Numbered from the stretch's first letter, positions 37,935-47,539 are shown. The stretch: 64,000 nucleotides of DNA from Candidatus Falkowbacteria bacterium HGW-Falkowbacteria-1 (GCA_002840305.1 PHAI01000003.1:134908-198907); one strand, 5' to 3'. Program-made: numbers and translations. The notes: generated from the letters alone by a model not told the origin.

Positions 37935-38402
37935 TTATAAAAATTCCAAAAAATCACCAACTTTAATTTTATTTTTGTCACAAAAGCCACCGTTCAATTC
38001 CAAAACTTTATCAACCGGATAGAGTGATTCATACAAAACGCCCTGGCTATCTTCGTCAAAGGGAAGGTCTTTATAAATGCTTACTATTTCATTTTTATCA
38101 ATAAAAACAATATCAAGAGTAAACCTCATGTCTCGCATAACAAAGGCTCTCTCCTCTTCGTTTTGAAACAAAAATAACATGCCCGAATTTTCCAATAAAG
38201 AGTCTCGATAGCTTAATCCCAAGTAATGTTCGGCAGGGGAGGATGCTATCTCAACGTCAACAACAGCCGCCCCAATTTTTATCTTCCCTGTTTTTTTATC
38301 CACAGGCCGACTATGAATAAAAAAAAGAGAAAACAAAAAAATAAAAACCAAGAGTACTAAGAAAGGCAAGGATGTTTTTTTATTAAACAATTTTCGAATC
38401 AT
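37935..38402 (-). CDS. DUF192 domain protein
   Basis: Signal/TM start, then 'EHYLGLSYRDSL...GMLFLF...RAFVMRDMRFTLDIVFID' (DUF192 pattern). Confidence 0.7.
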   Translation of the reverse strand: MIRKLFNKKTSLPFLVLLVFIFLFSLFFIHSRPVDKKTGKIKIGAAVVDVEIASSPAEHYLGLSYRDSLLENSGMLFLFQNEEERAFVMRDMRFTLDIVFIDKNEIVSIYKDLPFDEDSQGVLYESLYPVDKVLELNGGFCDKNKIKVGDFLEFL

Positions 38403-41106
38403 CTTTCTTGAATTTTCTTTTTAAAAACTTAAATAATTCCATGGACCACAAGATTGAAGAAGCTATCAAAAACAAATAAAACCATTCCTCTAATGACACC
38501 GGTCTCGTCTGCAAAGCTCTTTGCAGAAAGGGATTATAGGTCGCAAAAATGTGCAGACTTTGGGCGGCTAAGATTCCAAAAAATACGACCAAGTTTTTTT
38601 TAATAGCAATTTTAAAAGTAGAGCTTATTTCCGATCGACAATTTAAAACGTGTAGATTCTGAAACAAGACCATCAGCATCAAAAGGAAATTTCTAGCGGC
38701 GCCTTCTTCCCACTTCAAAATATTTAATAAATAATACCAGACCAAAAAACTAATCAGGCCCATGACCAAACCAGAAATAATTGTTTGTTGGGTCATTAAT
38801 TTATTAAAAATTCCTTCTTTTGGCGATCTTGGTGGTCTTTCCATTGCGCCTTCTTCTCCAGCCTCAAAAGACAAGGATATATCTTGTATTCCATTAGTTA
38901 CAATATTAATCCATAACAATTGTGCCGCAAAAAAGGGCAATGGCATACCAAAAATTATAGCTACTAAAAATATTAATATTTCGGCAACTCCACTGGAAAT
39001 CACAAAATAAATAACTTTACGAATATTATCGTAAGCGAATCTTCCTTCTTCTACTCCGCCAACTATAGACGAAAAATTGTCATCAAATATAATCATAGTT
39101 GAGGTTTCCTTAGCAACATCAGTTCCGGACCCCATCGCAACGCCAATATTAGCCTGTTTTAAGGCGGGAGCATCATTAACACCGTCTCCAGTAACGGCCA
39201 CAAAATGACCACTATTAACCAAGGCTTTTACTATCTTTAATTTCTGTAGCGGAGAAACACCAGCGAAAACACTAAGACCAGAAACCCTATCCAAGAATTG
39301 TGGCGTTATCTCAAGATTATCATCCCCTAACTTATCTCCAGTTACAACATCTTCTTTTGAATAAGCAATTCCTAATTCTTTAGCAATAAACAAGGCGGTG
39401 GCAGGATGATCTCCTGTCACCATAACGACTTTTATACCAGCGCTTTTACATTTTTCAACGGCCTGCTTAGAGCTTTTTCTGAGAGGGTCAATAAAACAAA
39501 TCAAAGACAAAAAATTCAAGTCCTTTATTTTTTTTTCATCAAATGTTTTTGAACTTTCTCCATTAAAATTAAATTCTCCGCAAGCAAGTGCTAACACTCT
39601 ATATCCCATAGAAGCCAGATTCTCTCCTTCTTTCTTTATTTTATTTTTGTCTATAACACTTGAATTTTCATATGAACCAATTTTGGAACAAAAATCTAAA
39701 ACTTTATTAACCGATCCCTTCACAGCAATCTTAGTAACCCCGGAATCTTTCTCCTTATAAATTTTGGCCGAATATTTTTTTTCTGATTCATAAGAAATTC
39801 CTAAAAGATGTTCAACTGAACTATTTATTTCCTCAAAATCAAAACCAGCCTTATACGCCATAGATAAAAAGGCCACGTCCATAGAGTCGCCATGATGATG
39901 CCAAACCTTTTTTGACTTCCATAGTTTGCCCTCGTTGGCCAAGATAGAATTTTTAACAGTTTCAAGTATTTCTTTTTTTGTTTCTTTGCTAAAAGTTTCT
40001 TCATCGGATAGAGAGCCGACACCATTATATCCTTGCCCCGAAATATTTATTTTTTTGCCCGAAGACAAATAGATTAATTTAGCTGTTTGTTGATTAACGG
40101 TAAGAGTTCCTGTTTTGTCGCTAGCAATCATAGTACAACTGCCCAAGCCCTCAACGGCAGTAAGCTTTCTGACGATAACATTTCTTTTTGACATTCTAGT
40201 AGTCGCCACTGACAAAGCAACCGTTAAGGCAACCGGTAACCCTTCGGGAATAGCAGACACCGCTAAGGCAACCACTAAAAAAAAGATTTCTCTGGGATCC
40301 ATTCCCTTGTTTATGGCTATAACTGCCAATAAAACACACAAAAATAAAATTACAAAAGAGATTTTTTTGGTAAAATTTTCCATTCTAATAATAAGGGGCG
40401 GTTTTGTATCTTGAGAAGATGAGATTATATTTGCAATTTGGCCAACCTCTGTATTTAAACCGGTCTCGACCACTATTCCCCAGGCTCTACCAGATATAAC
40501 CGAAGCCCCAGCATATACCATGTTCGTCCGCTTGTTTAAACCAGTGTCCTTTTTCAGGGTTTCAATATTCTTCTCTATTGGTCTGGACTCTCCAGTTAGA
40601 AAGGACTCATCTACTAATAAACTTTTTAAACTTAGCAACCTCAAGTCGGCCGGCACTTTCACTCCCGATTCTAAAAAAACAATATCTCCAACAACCAACT
40701 CTTCTGCGTCAACATTCTTTTCGATGCCATGTCTCTTTACCCTGGCGCTTATTTTAAGAAAATTTTGAAGTGCCGCCGCGCTTCTTTCCGCCTTATTTTC
40801 CTGCCAAGTCCCTAATATAGCATTAAAAAATATAGCCCCAAAGATAAAAGAAGCATCAGTAAGCTCTTTTAAAAATAAAGATATCGAACCGGCAAATATT
40901 AAAATATAAATTAACGGATTCAAAAACTGATGAATAAAAATAATAAAAATACTTGGAATTTTTTTTCCCGGTAATTTATTTAGCCCAAATTCTTCTTGTC
41001 TTAAAAAAACTTCTTGTGAATTAAGTCCTGACTCAGAAGAATTTACTTCTTTAAAAACATCCACAAGATTCAAAGCGTGCCAATTTATCTTTTTTTTATC
41101 TTCCAT
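38383..41106 (-). CDS. Cation-transporting P-type ATPase (type II, Ca2+-ATPase-like)
   Basis: 'DKTGTLT' phosphorylation site, 'PEGLP' TM4 motif and 'TGDGVNDAPAL' hinge. 907 aa. Confidence 0.9.
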   Translation of the reverse strand: MEDKKKINWHALNLVDVFKEVNSSESGLNSQEVFLRQEEFGLNKLPGKKIPSIFIIFIHQFLNPLIYILIFAGSISLFLKELTDASFIFGAIFFNAILGTWQENKAERSAAALQNFLKISARVKRHGIEKNVDAEELVVGDIVFLESGVKVPADLRLLSLKSLLVDESFLTGESRPIEKNIETLKKDTGLNKRTNMVYAGASVISGRAWGIVVETGLNTEVGQIANIISSSQDTKPPLIIRMENFTKKISFVILFLCVLLAVIAINKGMDPREIFFLVVALAVSAIPEGLPVALTVALSVATTRMSKRNVIVRKLTAVEGLGSCTMIASDKTGTLTVNQQTAKLIYLSSGKKINISGQGYNGVGSLSDEETFSKETKKEILETVKNSILANEGKLWKSKKVWHHHGDSMDVAFLSMAYKAGFDFEEINSSVEHLLGISYESEKKYSAKIYKEKDSGVTKIAVKGSVNKVLDFCSKIGSYENSSVIDKNKIKKEGENLASMGYRVLALACGEFNFNGESSKTFDEKKIKDLNFLSLICFIDPLRKSSKQAVEKCKSAGIKVVMVTGDHPATALFIAKELGIAYSKEDVVTGDKLGDDNLEITPQFLDRVSGLSVFAGVSPLQKLKIVKALVNSGHFVAVTGDGVNDAPALKQANIGVAMGSGTDVAKETSTMIIFDDNFSSIVGGVEEGRFAYDNIRKVIYFVISSGVAEILIFLVAIIFGMPLPFFAAQLLWINIVTNGIQDISLSFEAGEEGAMERPPRSPKEGIFNKLMTQQTIISGLVMGLISFLVWYYLLNILKWEEGAARNFLLMLMVLFQNLHVLNCRSEISSTFKIAIKKNLVVFFGILAAQSLHIFATYNPFLQRALQTRPVSLEEWFYLFLIASSILWSMELFKFLKRKFKKDDSKIV

Positions 41107-41141
41107 AATTTATATAATTTAAAATAGTAACACTAAAAAAT

Positions 41142-42842
41142 TTAGGTTTCACTCACAAAGTAATTTTCTTGTATATACTGCTGAAGCATTCTTTCTGTAT
41201 TAAAAAAGGAAGCATTAATAGCAATGGTATGTTGCATCGTTTCTTGCCACTTCCTTGGATTTCCATAATAACGAGGTAAAATATTTTTCTCTAAATTATA
41301 ATACAGACTTTCGGCGTCCTTTTTGTTCAATTCAATCAAATTTGTTCCGTTTCTTTTTTTGCCTATAGCCCAGCCAGTTTTATCCTTTATATACCCTTCT
41401 ATCCACCAACCATCCAAGGTACTAAAATGAGGCACCCCATTATGAGCCGCCTTCATTCCGCTAGTACCAGAAGCTTCGTTGGGCGGGAGAGGCGTGTTTA
41501 GCCAAACATCAACACCAGAAATCATTAGTTTGGCCAGTTTCATTTCATATCCCTCTAAAAACACAATCTTTATCTCACTCTTATATTTATCTTTTATTCT
41601 AAAAATTTCTTTTATCAAATTTTTACCATCATCATCGTTCGGATGCGCTTTGCCGGCATAGATAATTTGAATCTCTCCAACGTTTTTATGTATATGTAGA
41701 AGTTTTTTTATATCCTGAAAAAGAAGATTTGATCTTTTATAACCAGTAAACCTCCTAGCGAAACCAATTGTGAAAACATTTTGCTCTAGCCTTACCTTTT
41801 GTTTTTTGTAAATATAATCTAGCAAGGCTTTTTTTGACTTCTGATGAGCCTGCCAAATAGTAGACAGGGGAATATTGAAAGCATTTCTAAGAGATAAGTT
41901 TGAATTTCTCCAATTAGGAATATACTTATCATAAATTTTGGCAAAAGCGGGAGACGTCCATGTTTCTGAATGAACCCCATTAGTAATAGCATGAATAGGA
42001 TAATTTGGAAACATTTTATTGGAAACCTTCTGATGGCTGAGTGCAACGCCATTTATGAAGTTACTAAAATAAAGCCCTATTTTAGTCATGTTCACCTTTT
42101 TATCTTTGTCTACTAAGCTTTTTAATTTATAAGGAAAATCTTTTTGGTATTCAAGTATAAATTCTAAGGGAAAAACATCGTGCCCAGCAAAAACGGGCGT
42201 ATGAGTTGTAAAAACACATTTTCGACGAACCTCATCCAGTTTGTCAGCCGTGTTTTTTTCTTTAGAATTCAGAAACAACTCAATTGCAGCCAAACTTCCA
42301 TGCCCCTCATTAATATGAAATTTTTTTATATATCTATGTTTCAATGATTGCAAAATTTTAATTCCAGCTCTTCCTAAAATTATCTCCTGCATTAAACGAT
42401 AATCCTTTCCTGGGCCATATAATTGTCCTGTAAGGCTAGAATATTTTGGTAAGTTTCCTAAAATATTAGTATCCAATAAATAAACAGGAACCAAATACTC
42501 CCCCTGGCCCTGTATTAAATATTCCCAAACCCCAACAGAAACATCGTCTCTCCCTATTTTTACTTTTACTTGATTTGGCAGTTTCTTTAGTTTGGAAAAG
42601 TCATAATTTGACACCAGCTCTTCTTGATCTCCTTTGTCATTAATTTTTTGTTTAAAATAACCAAGGTTATTTAATAATGTAACTCCCAACATTGGCAATC
42701 CCAGGTCAGCCGCCGACCGTAACGTATCCCCAGCTAAAACTCCTAGACCTCCAGCATAAGTTTTTATACCATTTTCCAAGGCTATTTCCATACTAAAATA
42801 AGCGACTTTGTATTTTCCTTTTTTTGATGATAAGTTTTTCAT
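41142..42842 (-). CDS. glgP: Alpha-glucan phosphorylase (GT35 family)
   Basis: 'GGLGVLAGD' N-terminal block and 'EASGTSGMKA' PLP-lysine block. Confidence 0.88.
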   Translation of the reverse strand: MKNLSSKKGKYKVAYFSMEIALENGIKTYAGGLGVLAGDTLRSAADLGLPMLGVTLLNNLGYFKQKINDKGDQEELVSNYDFSKLKKLPNQVKVKIGRDDVSVGVWEYLIQGQGEYLVPVYLLDTNILGNLPKYSSLTGQLYGPGKDYRLMQEIILGRAGIKILQSLKHRYIKKFHINEGHGSLAAIELFLNSKEKNTADKLDEVRRKCVFTTHTPVFAGHDVFPLEFILEYQKDFPYKLKSLVDKDKKVNMTKIGLYFSNFINGVALSHQKVSNKMFPNYPIHAITNGVHSETWTSPAFAKIYDKYIPNWRNSNLSLRNAFNIPLSTIWQAHQKSKKALLDYIYKKQKVRLEQNVFTIGFARRFTGYKRSNLLFQDIKKLLHIHKNVGEIQIIYAGKAHPNDDDGKNLIKEIFRIKDKYKSEIKIVFLEGYEMKLAKLMISGVDVWLNTPLPPNEASGTSGMKAAHNGVPHFSTLDGWWIEGYIKDKTGWAIGKKRNGTNLIELNKKDAESLYYNLEKNILPRYYGNPRKWQETMQHTIAINASFFNTERMLQQYIQENYFVSET

Positions 42843-42944
42843 AACAAATTATATAAATTAAATAATAATTTATTTATTTCTATTTTATTCAGTAATCTTA
42901 TCATAATTTTATCTTTTTTAAAAATTTTGCTACGATATAAACAT

Positions 42945-43646
42945 ATGATGAGCGGTATAATAAAAAAGACCTTAAGCGAAAAAGAAGAGGTAAAAAAATA
43001 TTTTTCTGTTTGTAATAGATACATAAAGATTAGAATAGTAGCCGTTTTCCTAAAATGGTTGATTATTTTTGCTGTAATTTCCATTATTCTATTTTTTATT
43101 GACCAAACCCAAGTTTTTGCTATTCCCGAAACAAAAAAAATAATAAACGATCAGGCAGGTCTCTTTTCTGAAAGTCACGACAAATACGGAATAGAAAATA
43201 GTGTCTTAAATTTTTCCCTAATTGACACCAACGAAATAAGCAATTGGATCTTAAACGCATGGATAATATTAGCCTTAATCTTTTTTTTAATAATAGTCCC
43301 TTTTATAATATTTTATAATATTTTCTATATTAGAATATCCAATGAGTTTGTTTTTACCGATCAAAGAATAATAGTAAAGAGAGGCTGGATAGAAACCAAT
43401 GTCAAAACCATTTATTATAATAGAATAACCGATATAAGCGTAAGTCAGTCATTACTAGAAAGAATTATAAAAAGTGGGACTATGTCAATTAGCACTGCCG
43501 GAAGTGACGGCTATGAGGTTGTTTTATGGCACATAGACAAGCCATACGAATTGAAAAAACTTTTATACGATGTAAAAATGACAAACCAAGAAAAGTATCC
43601 CTCTCAATATAATGAAATTAAACAAAAAAACGAAGATGGTGAATAA
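42945..43646 (+). CDS. Membrane protein with bacterial PH (bPH_2/YdbT-like) domain
   Basis: Two TM helices, then 'FTDQRIIVKRGWIETNVKTIYYNRITDISVSQSLLERIIKSGTMSIS'. The ATG at 42945 is preferred over the TTG at 42927. Confidence 0.65.
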   Translation: MMSGIIKKTLSEKEEVKKYFSVCNRYIKIRIVAVFLKWLIIFAVISIILFFIDQTQVFAIPETKKIINDQAGLFSESHDKYGIENSVLNFSLIDTNEISNWILNAWIILALIFFLIIVPFIIFYNIFYIRISNEFVFTDQRIIVKRGWIETNVKTIYYNRITDISVSQSLLERIIKSGTMSISTAGSDGYEVVLWHIDKPYELKKLLYDVKMTNQEKYPSQYNEIKQKNEDGE

Positions 43647-44325
43647 TAATTTTGGATTTATTCTAATAAACAAAATAGAAGGACCGACTTCTCATACCAT
43701 AGTAAACCAATTAAGAAGAATAACCTGCATAAAAAAAATCGGCCATGCCGGAACATTGGACCCCTTCGCAGAAGGACTAATGATTGTAGCTATCGGCAGA
43801 CAAGCAACAAAAAATATTATCAACTTCGTAAAACTTGATAAAAAATATGAAGCTGAAGTATTCTTGGGAATCAAAACCGACACCTACGATAAATGTGGAA
43901 AAATCATAAACGAATATGAAGGGCCAAAAATAAAAAAAACCAACTTAATTTTAGCTCTTAAAAATTTGACGGAAAAAACAACTCAGACTCCTCCCATGTA
44001 CAGCGCCAAAAAAATAAACGGGAAAAAACTTTATGAATTGGCCAGAAAAAATATAGAGATAGAAAGGCCTCCGCAAAAAATAAAAATATTCTATATAAAA
44101 TTAAAAAAATACAATTGGCCCAAAGCTAAAATAGAGGTTCATTGCTCAAGTGGAACATATATTAGAACTATCGCCAATGATTTAGGAAAAGACCTAAAGT
44201 GTGGAGCCCATTTAAGTCAATTAAAAAGAACAAAAATAGGAAAATATGAATTAAAAAAATCCATAAAAATAGAGAAATTAAATAAAGATAATTGGAAAAA
44301 ACGCTTATTTTATTTAGAAAACTAA
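43636..44325 (+). CDS. truB: tRNA pseudouridine(55) synthase
   Basis: 'GHAGTLDPFAEGLMIVAIG' catalytic motif. Start placed at ATG 43636 (MVNNNFGFILINK...). Confidence 0.9.
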   Translation: MVNNNFGFILINKIEGPTSHTIVNQLRRITCIKKIGHAGTLDPFAEGLMIVAIGRQATKNIINFVKLDKKYEAEVFLGIKTDTYDKCGKIINEYEGPKIKKTNLILALKNLTEKTTQTPPMYSAKKINGKKLYELARKNIEIERPPQKIKIFYIKLKKYNWPKAKIEVHCSSGTYIRTIANDLGKDLKCGAHLSQLKRTKIGKYELKKSIKIEKLNKDNWKKRLFYLEN

Positions 44326-44332
44326 AAAAATA

Positions 44333-44361
44333 TTGACAAAATTATTTAAATATGATATAAA
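44333..44361 (+). promoter_or_regulatory. Extended -10 promoter (TTGACA-17-TGaTATAAA)
   Basis: TTGACA at 44333-44338, 17-bp spacer with TG at 44353-44354, TATAAA at 44356-44361. Confidence 0.65.
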
Positions 44362-44413
44362 ACAAAGATAGATTAACGCTTTTGTTATCTATATTAAAAT
44401 TAATAAAAAAAAT

Positions 44414-45274
44414 ATGGGATTTGAATTAGGAGACGTTCTTGGTCCAAAATTAAAAGGAAAAGATAAGGAAAAAAGTAATTGGCAGGAATCATCTGCACAA
44501 AGAGACTTAAAAAAAATGATGGAGGATCCAAACTATGACCCAATTAATGAAAAAAGCTACTCCCATCATAAATTATTTGGTTATTTCAAAGAAAGCCCTG
44601 AAAAAAAATATTCAAACGCAAACTTAGACACTTTCACAAACGAAGACAGTTTTAGTGAATTTGTTCTCGAAAAAGAAGTAGAAGATCAAGAGAAAAACAG
44701 CTTTGAAGACGAAAACATCCAGGAGCATTGGTCAAAAAAAGTACAAGAAATGAAAAAAACAGAAATGAAAGAAGAGAAAGAATATTACAAAAACCTACCA
44801 GAATATTCAGATTTTGAAAAAAAAGAAATGATAAACGCTCTAGAAAATTGGCTAAACAAACGCTGTAGCCATTTTGCTGACGGTCAAAAAATGACACTGG
44901 AACAAACATTAGAAATGGTGAACGAGTTTAAGGATAATTTTCCGGAAGAATTTTCAAAAATGATTCACAGAAAAATAGTGACAAAAGAACTAGGTCAATT
45001 TAATTGGGAAGAAGAATCATATAACGGAAAAAGGTCAATTGTTAGCTACTACCCAAGCAAAGAAAAACCGTTCATAAAATATATAAACAACGACGTTGAC
45101 TTCAAAAATTTAGACAAGGTTTTTGTAAGCGGTGCAATCGGAGGAAACGGAAAAACAATCAAAAACAAAAATGGCTGTATATTAGTTTTCTGTTCAGCCC
45201 CACTATATTACAAAGAAAAAGCATCAAACAAGAAAACAGGCCCAATACTTAAAAGCCAAAAACAAACAATATAA
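44414..45274 (+). CDS. Hypothetical Lys/Glu-rich protein
   Basis: 286-aa ORF with its own promoter and terminator. No recognisable family. Confidence 0.5.
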   Translation: MGFELGDVLGPKLKGKDKEKSNWQESSAQRDLKKMMEDPNYDPINEKSYSHHKLFGYFKESPEKKYSNANLDTFTNEDSFSEFVLEKEVEDQEKNSFEDENIQEHWSKKVQEMKKTEMKEEKEYYKNLPEYSDFEKKEMINALENWLNKRCSHFADGQKMTLEQTLEMVNEFKDNFPEEFSKMIHRKIVTKELGQFNWEEESYNGKRSIVSYYPSKEKPFIKYINNDVDFKNLDKVFVSGAIGGNGKTIKNKNGCILVFCSAPLYYKEKASNKKTGPILKSQKQTI

Positions 45275-45297
45275 ACAAAAATTCTAAATAAACAAAA

Positions 45298-45325
45298 AGG
45301 AAGGTCCAAAAAACCTTCTTTTTTG
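45298..45325 (+). terminator. Terminator of the 44414 gene
   Basis: AGGAAGGT-CCAAAAA-ACCTTCTT hairpin followed by TTTTT. Confidence 0.7.
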
Positions 45326-45330
45326 TAAAT

Positions 45331-45360
45331 AAAAAATCCCGACTTATTTAAGTGCGGGAT
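45331..45360 (-). terminator. Terminator of the 45379 gene
   Basis: ATCCCG (45336-45341) pairs with CGGGAT (45355-45360). The A-run on the plus strand reads as a T-run on the minus strand. Confidence 0.65.
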
Positions 45361-45378
45361 TGTAAAATCAAAACTTAA

Positions 45379-45834
45379 TTACTCACAAGCGAATAGAAAC
45401 AAACAACTTTCATTATATTGAACGCAAGGCCCACTGTTTACCGCCTCCAAATTTAACTTGTCAGAAGAACCTTTTCGAATCTCCAGCAAATAATCATTAG
45501 TAACACCGAGCCATGATGTAAAAGGCACTGGTTCGATACCTAAAGTACACTTAAAATTAAGCTCGGCACCCACTACGTCATAAGGACAAGCTCTCAAGCC
45601 CATCGCTCTAGCCTGCAAGCTTATATCTTTAAAAACAAAGAATCCCCCCTTTAGGCCAAGATCGGCTAAAGACAATCGAACTAACCTCAAAGATACTTTC
45701 TTCTCGGTTATTTTAAAATTATCTGACTTTAATATTCTTTTAGCAGTATCGCCAATCTGCATTCTTCCCTTTATTTTTTCTCCAATTTCTTCCTTGGATT
45801 TTCCTCCGATAATCACCTCTATAAAGTCCTTCAT
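45379..45834 (-). CDS. Hypothetical protein (orphan cassette 1)
   Basis: 151-aa ORF with a dedicated consensus promoter and terminator. No recognisable family. Confidence 0.5.
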   Translation of the reverse strand: MKDFIEVIIGGKSKEEIGEKIKGRMQIGDTAKRILKSDNFKITEKKVSLRLVRLSLADLGLKGGFFVFKDISLQARAMGLRACPYDVVGAELNFKCTLGIEPVPFTSWLGVTNDYLLEIRKGSSDKLNLEAVNSGPCVQYNESCLFLFACE

Positions 45835-45947
45835 TTTAAGTTATTTTAGTTATACATTAGATTAATTATTAAAGCTACTGGTATTAATAGGTTTAATAAT
45901 TAACCCAACTTTAACCTCTTTATGAAAGTTCTATACTATAACAAAAA

Positions 45948-45976
45948 AGTATATCATTTAGACATACTTTTGTCAA
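45948..45976 (-). promoter_or_regulatory. Promoter TTGACA-17-TATACT for cassette 1
   Basis: Minus strand: TTGACA is the reverse complement of 45971-45976, then a 17-bp spacer, then TATACT as the reverse complement of 45948-45953. Confidence 0.65.
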
Positions 45977-46018
45977 GCTGGGTGGCTAACCGCAAAAATG
46001 GAAAACTTTTTTGGTGGA
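45977..46018. repeat. Intergenic repeat, part R2 (copy A)
   Basis: GCTGGGTGGCTAACCGCAAAAATGGAAAACTTTTTTGGTGGA aligns with 46553-46597 at roughly 85% identity by eye. Confidence 0.7.
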
Positions 46019-46037
46019 ATATTTGATAAATTGATAT

Positions 46038-46068
46038 AAAAAAAGACCCGTGACGTTATCGCGGGTCT
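46038..46068 (-). terminator. Terminator of cassette 2
   Basis: AGACCCG (46044-46050) pairs with CGGGTCT (46062-46068). T-run on the minus strand. Confidence 0.7.
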
Positions 46069-46090
46069 GCAATTTTTGATTTACTAAAAT

Positions 46091-46399
46091 TTAAAATTTG
46101 ACTGAACCAGCAACCTTTACGTGTCCGCCGCCATATCCGACTTTATAACTAGCAAATCCGATTAACATAACTTCATTATTTTCAACAGACGCTTCAATAG
46201 AGTCAACAAATAATTCTACGTTTTTATCACCATCTGTTAAAAATAGTTTTGTTTTATTGCAAATGGCACTAAAAAATAACATTTTACAAACATCGCTATC
46301 AACAATTGTGTTAACACTGTTGGTCAGCAAACTTTTTTTGCCTAAAAATCTTAAAAAGGCAGAAGCTCCTCTTCCTTTTGGTTTTAAAACAATTTCCAT
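46091..46399 (-). CDS. Hypothetical protein (orphan cassette 2)
   Basis: 102-aa ORF with a dedicated promoter and terminator. No recognisable family. Confidence 0.5.
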   Translation of the reverse strand: MEIVLKPKGRGASAFLRFLGKKSLLTNSVNTIVDSDVCKMLFFSAICNKTKLFLTDGDKNVELFVDSIEASVENNEVMLIGFASYKVGYGGGHVKVAGSVKF

Positions 46400-46444
46400 A
46401 GTTCCTATTTTTTAGTTAATATTTCAATGAGCTAATAACAAATG

Positions 46445-46473
46445 ATTTTACTACAAATCTATTGATTTGTCAA
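46445..46473 (-). promoter_or_regulatory. Promoter TTGACA-17-TAAAAT for cassette 2
   Basis: Minus strand: TTGACA (reverse complement of 46468-46473), 17-bp spacer, TAAAAT (reverse complement of 46445-46450). Confidence 0.65.
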
Positions 46474-46597
46474 TTAGTTTTCATTCCCTCTAGGGGTGGG
46501 CTAGTTATAATAAAAAAAATACCCCATTTTATTGGGATGTTTTTAATTCACTTCTAGGGGTAGCTAATCGCAAAACTTGGAAAACTTTTTTGACGGA
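46468..46597. repeat. Intergenic repeat, full copy B (R1 + R2)
   Basis: R1 (46468-46561) aligns with 47204-47297. R2 (46553-46597) aligns with 45977-46018. The copy contains two CT(A)GGGGT motifs and the hairpin ACCCCATTTTATTGGGAT. Confidence 0.75.
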
Positions 46598-46688
46598 TTG
46601 TTTAACAAAAGATAGCGATTAAACAATTATATCAATATTTTATATTAAACTGGTGATTAAATCAAAATCTATGAAGAACTAATTATAT

Positions 46689-46716
46689 AAAAAAAGCGCA
46701 TGTTTTTGCATACGCT
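46689..46716 (-). terminator. Terminator of cassette 3
   Basis: AAGCGCATG-TTTTT-GCATACGCTT imperfect hairpin. T-run on the minus strand. Confidence 0.55.
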
Positions 46717-46735
46717 TATTCGTCCGCCACAATTC

Positions 46736-47134
46736 TTACCATAAACTGTGGAATGGAGATAATGCCAAAAAAACATTCCTGAATTCTTTAGTAATAATTT
46801 TAGTTATAATTCCGCTCCTCGATGATTTTATTGAGGCGAGCATTATTACCCAAAAAAACAAAGAAAAGCTTACTGAATATTCTGGCGAAAAAAAATAAAA
46901 TAATAAGGACACCACCGCTGGTAAAAGTCCATACAATGCGATTCCTAAATCAGAAGTGTAGTAGAAATTCCTCATATCTACCAAATAATATCTGATATCT
47001 TTCGCCACAAAAATAACTGGGGGCGCCAAAATTATAAACGAAATAACAACAAATATTGTTCCTTCAATTTTTAAGTGAAAAATAACTGAGAGAATTAACG
47101 CTACCCAGGTAAAAAATAAAATAACATTTTTCAT
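46736..47134 (-). CDS. Hypothetical four-TM membrane protein (orphan cassette 3)
   Basis: 132 aa from ATG 47134 (MKNVILFFTW...). The longer track ORF reaching 47209 would include the promoter itself. Confidence 0.5.
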   Translation of the reverse strand: MKNVILFFTWVALILSVIFHLKIEGTIFVVISFIILAPPVIFVAKDIRYYLVDMRNFYYTSDLGIALYGLLPAVVSLLFYFFSPEYSVSFSLFFWVIMLASIKSSRSGIITKIITKEFRNVFLALSPFHSLW

Positions 47135-47180
47135 GGTTATATGTTTTTTGATTATTAATATTTCAATGAACTGTAAACAT

Positions 47181-47209
47181 ATTATATCATAATTATGATT
47201 TTTTGTCAA
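47181..47209 (-). promoter_or_regulatory. Consensus promoter TTGACA-17-TATAAT for cassette 3
   Basis: Minus strand: TTGACA (reverse complement of 47204-47209), 17-bp spacer, TATAAT (reverse complement of 47181-47186). Confidence 0.7.
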
Positions 47210-47297
47210 TTAGTTTTCATTCCCTCTGGGGGGCGCTATAAATATAACAAAAAAATACCCCTTTTTATTGGGATATTTTTTATTTTCTTCAAGGGGT
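47204..47297. repeat. Intergenic repeat, truncated copy C (R1 only)
   Basis: Aligns with copy B through '...CTTC[T/A]AGGGGT'. Similarity stops at about 47297 and the R2 part is missing. Confidence 0.7.
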
Positions 47298-47539
47298 CAG
47301 GCACTGTCGGGTCTTATAACAGTGCTCGAGGATAAAGAGTATATGGTTACTTTACGGGAAAAAATGAATAATATCAAGAAAGTTGCCAAGTTTTACAACT
47401 ACGACCTCCTCCTAGCCAAAAAGTAAAACGTTATTGCCCCGTGTCTGCCCTTGGGGCAAGTTTTGTCCCCAGGGTAGACCTTTGACACCTCCTGCGACAT
47501 GACCCAGCGGTTTGACGAAATTTGAGAGCTTGGGACGAT

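Noticed and set aside
38762-40768. Plus-strand ORFs inside the P-type ATPase gene (38762-39010, 40115-40414, 40520-40768) and the minus-strand alternate-frame ORF 39825-40025
   Set aside because: They are antisense or alternate-frame shadows of a clearly conserved gene, and no motifs are present.
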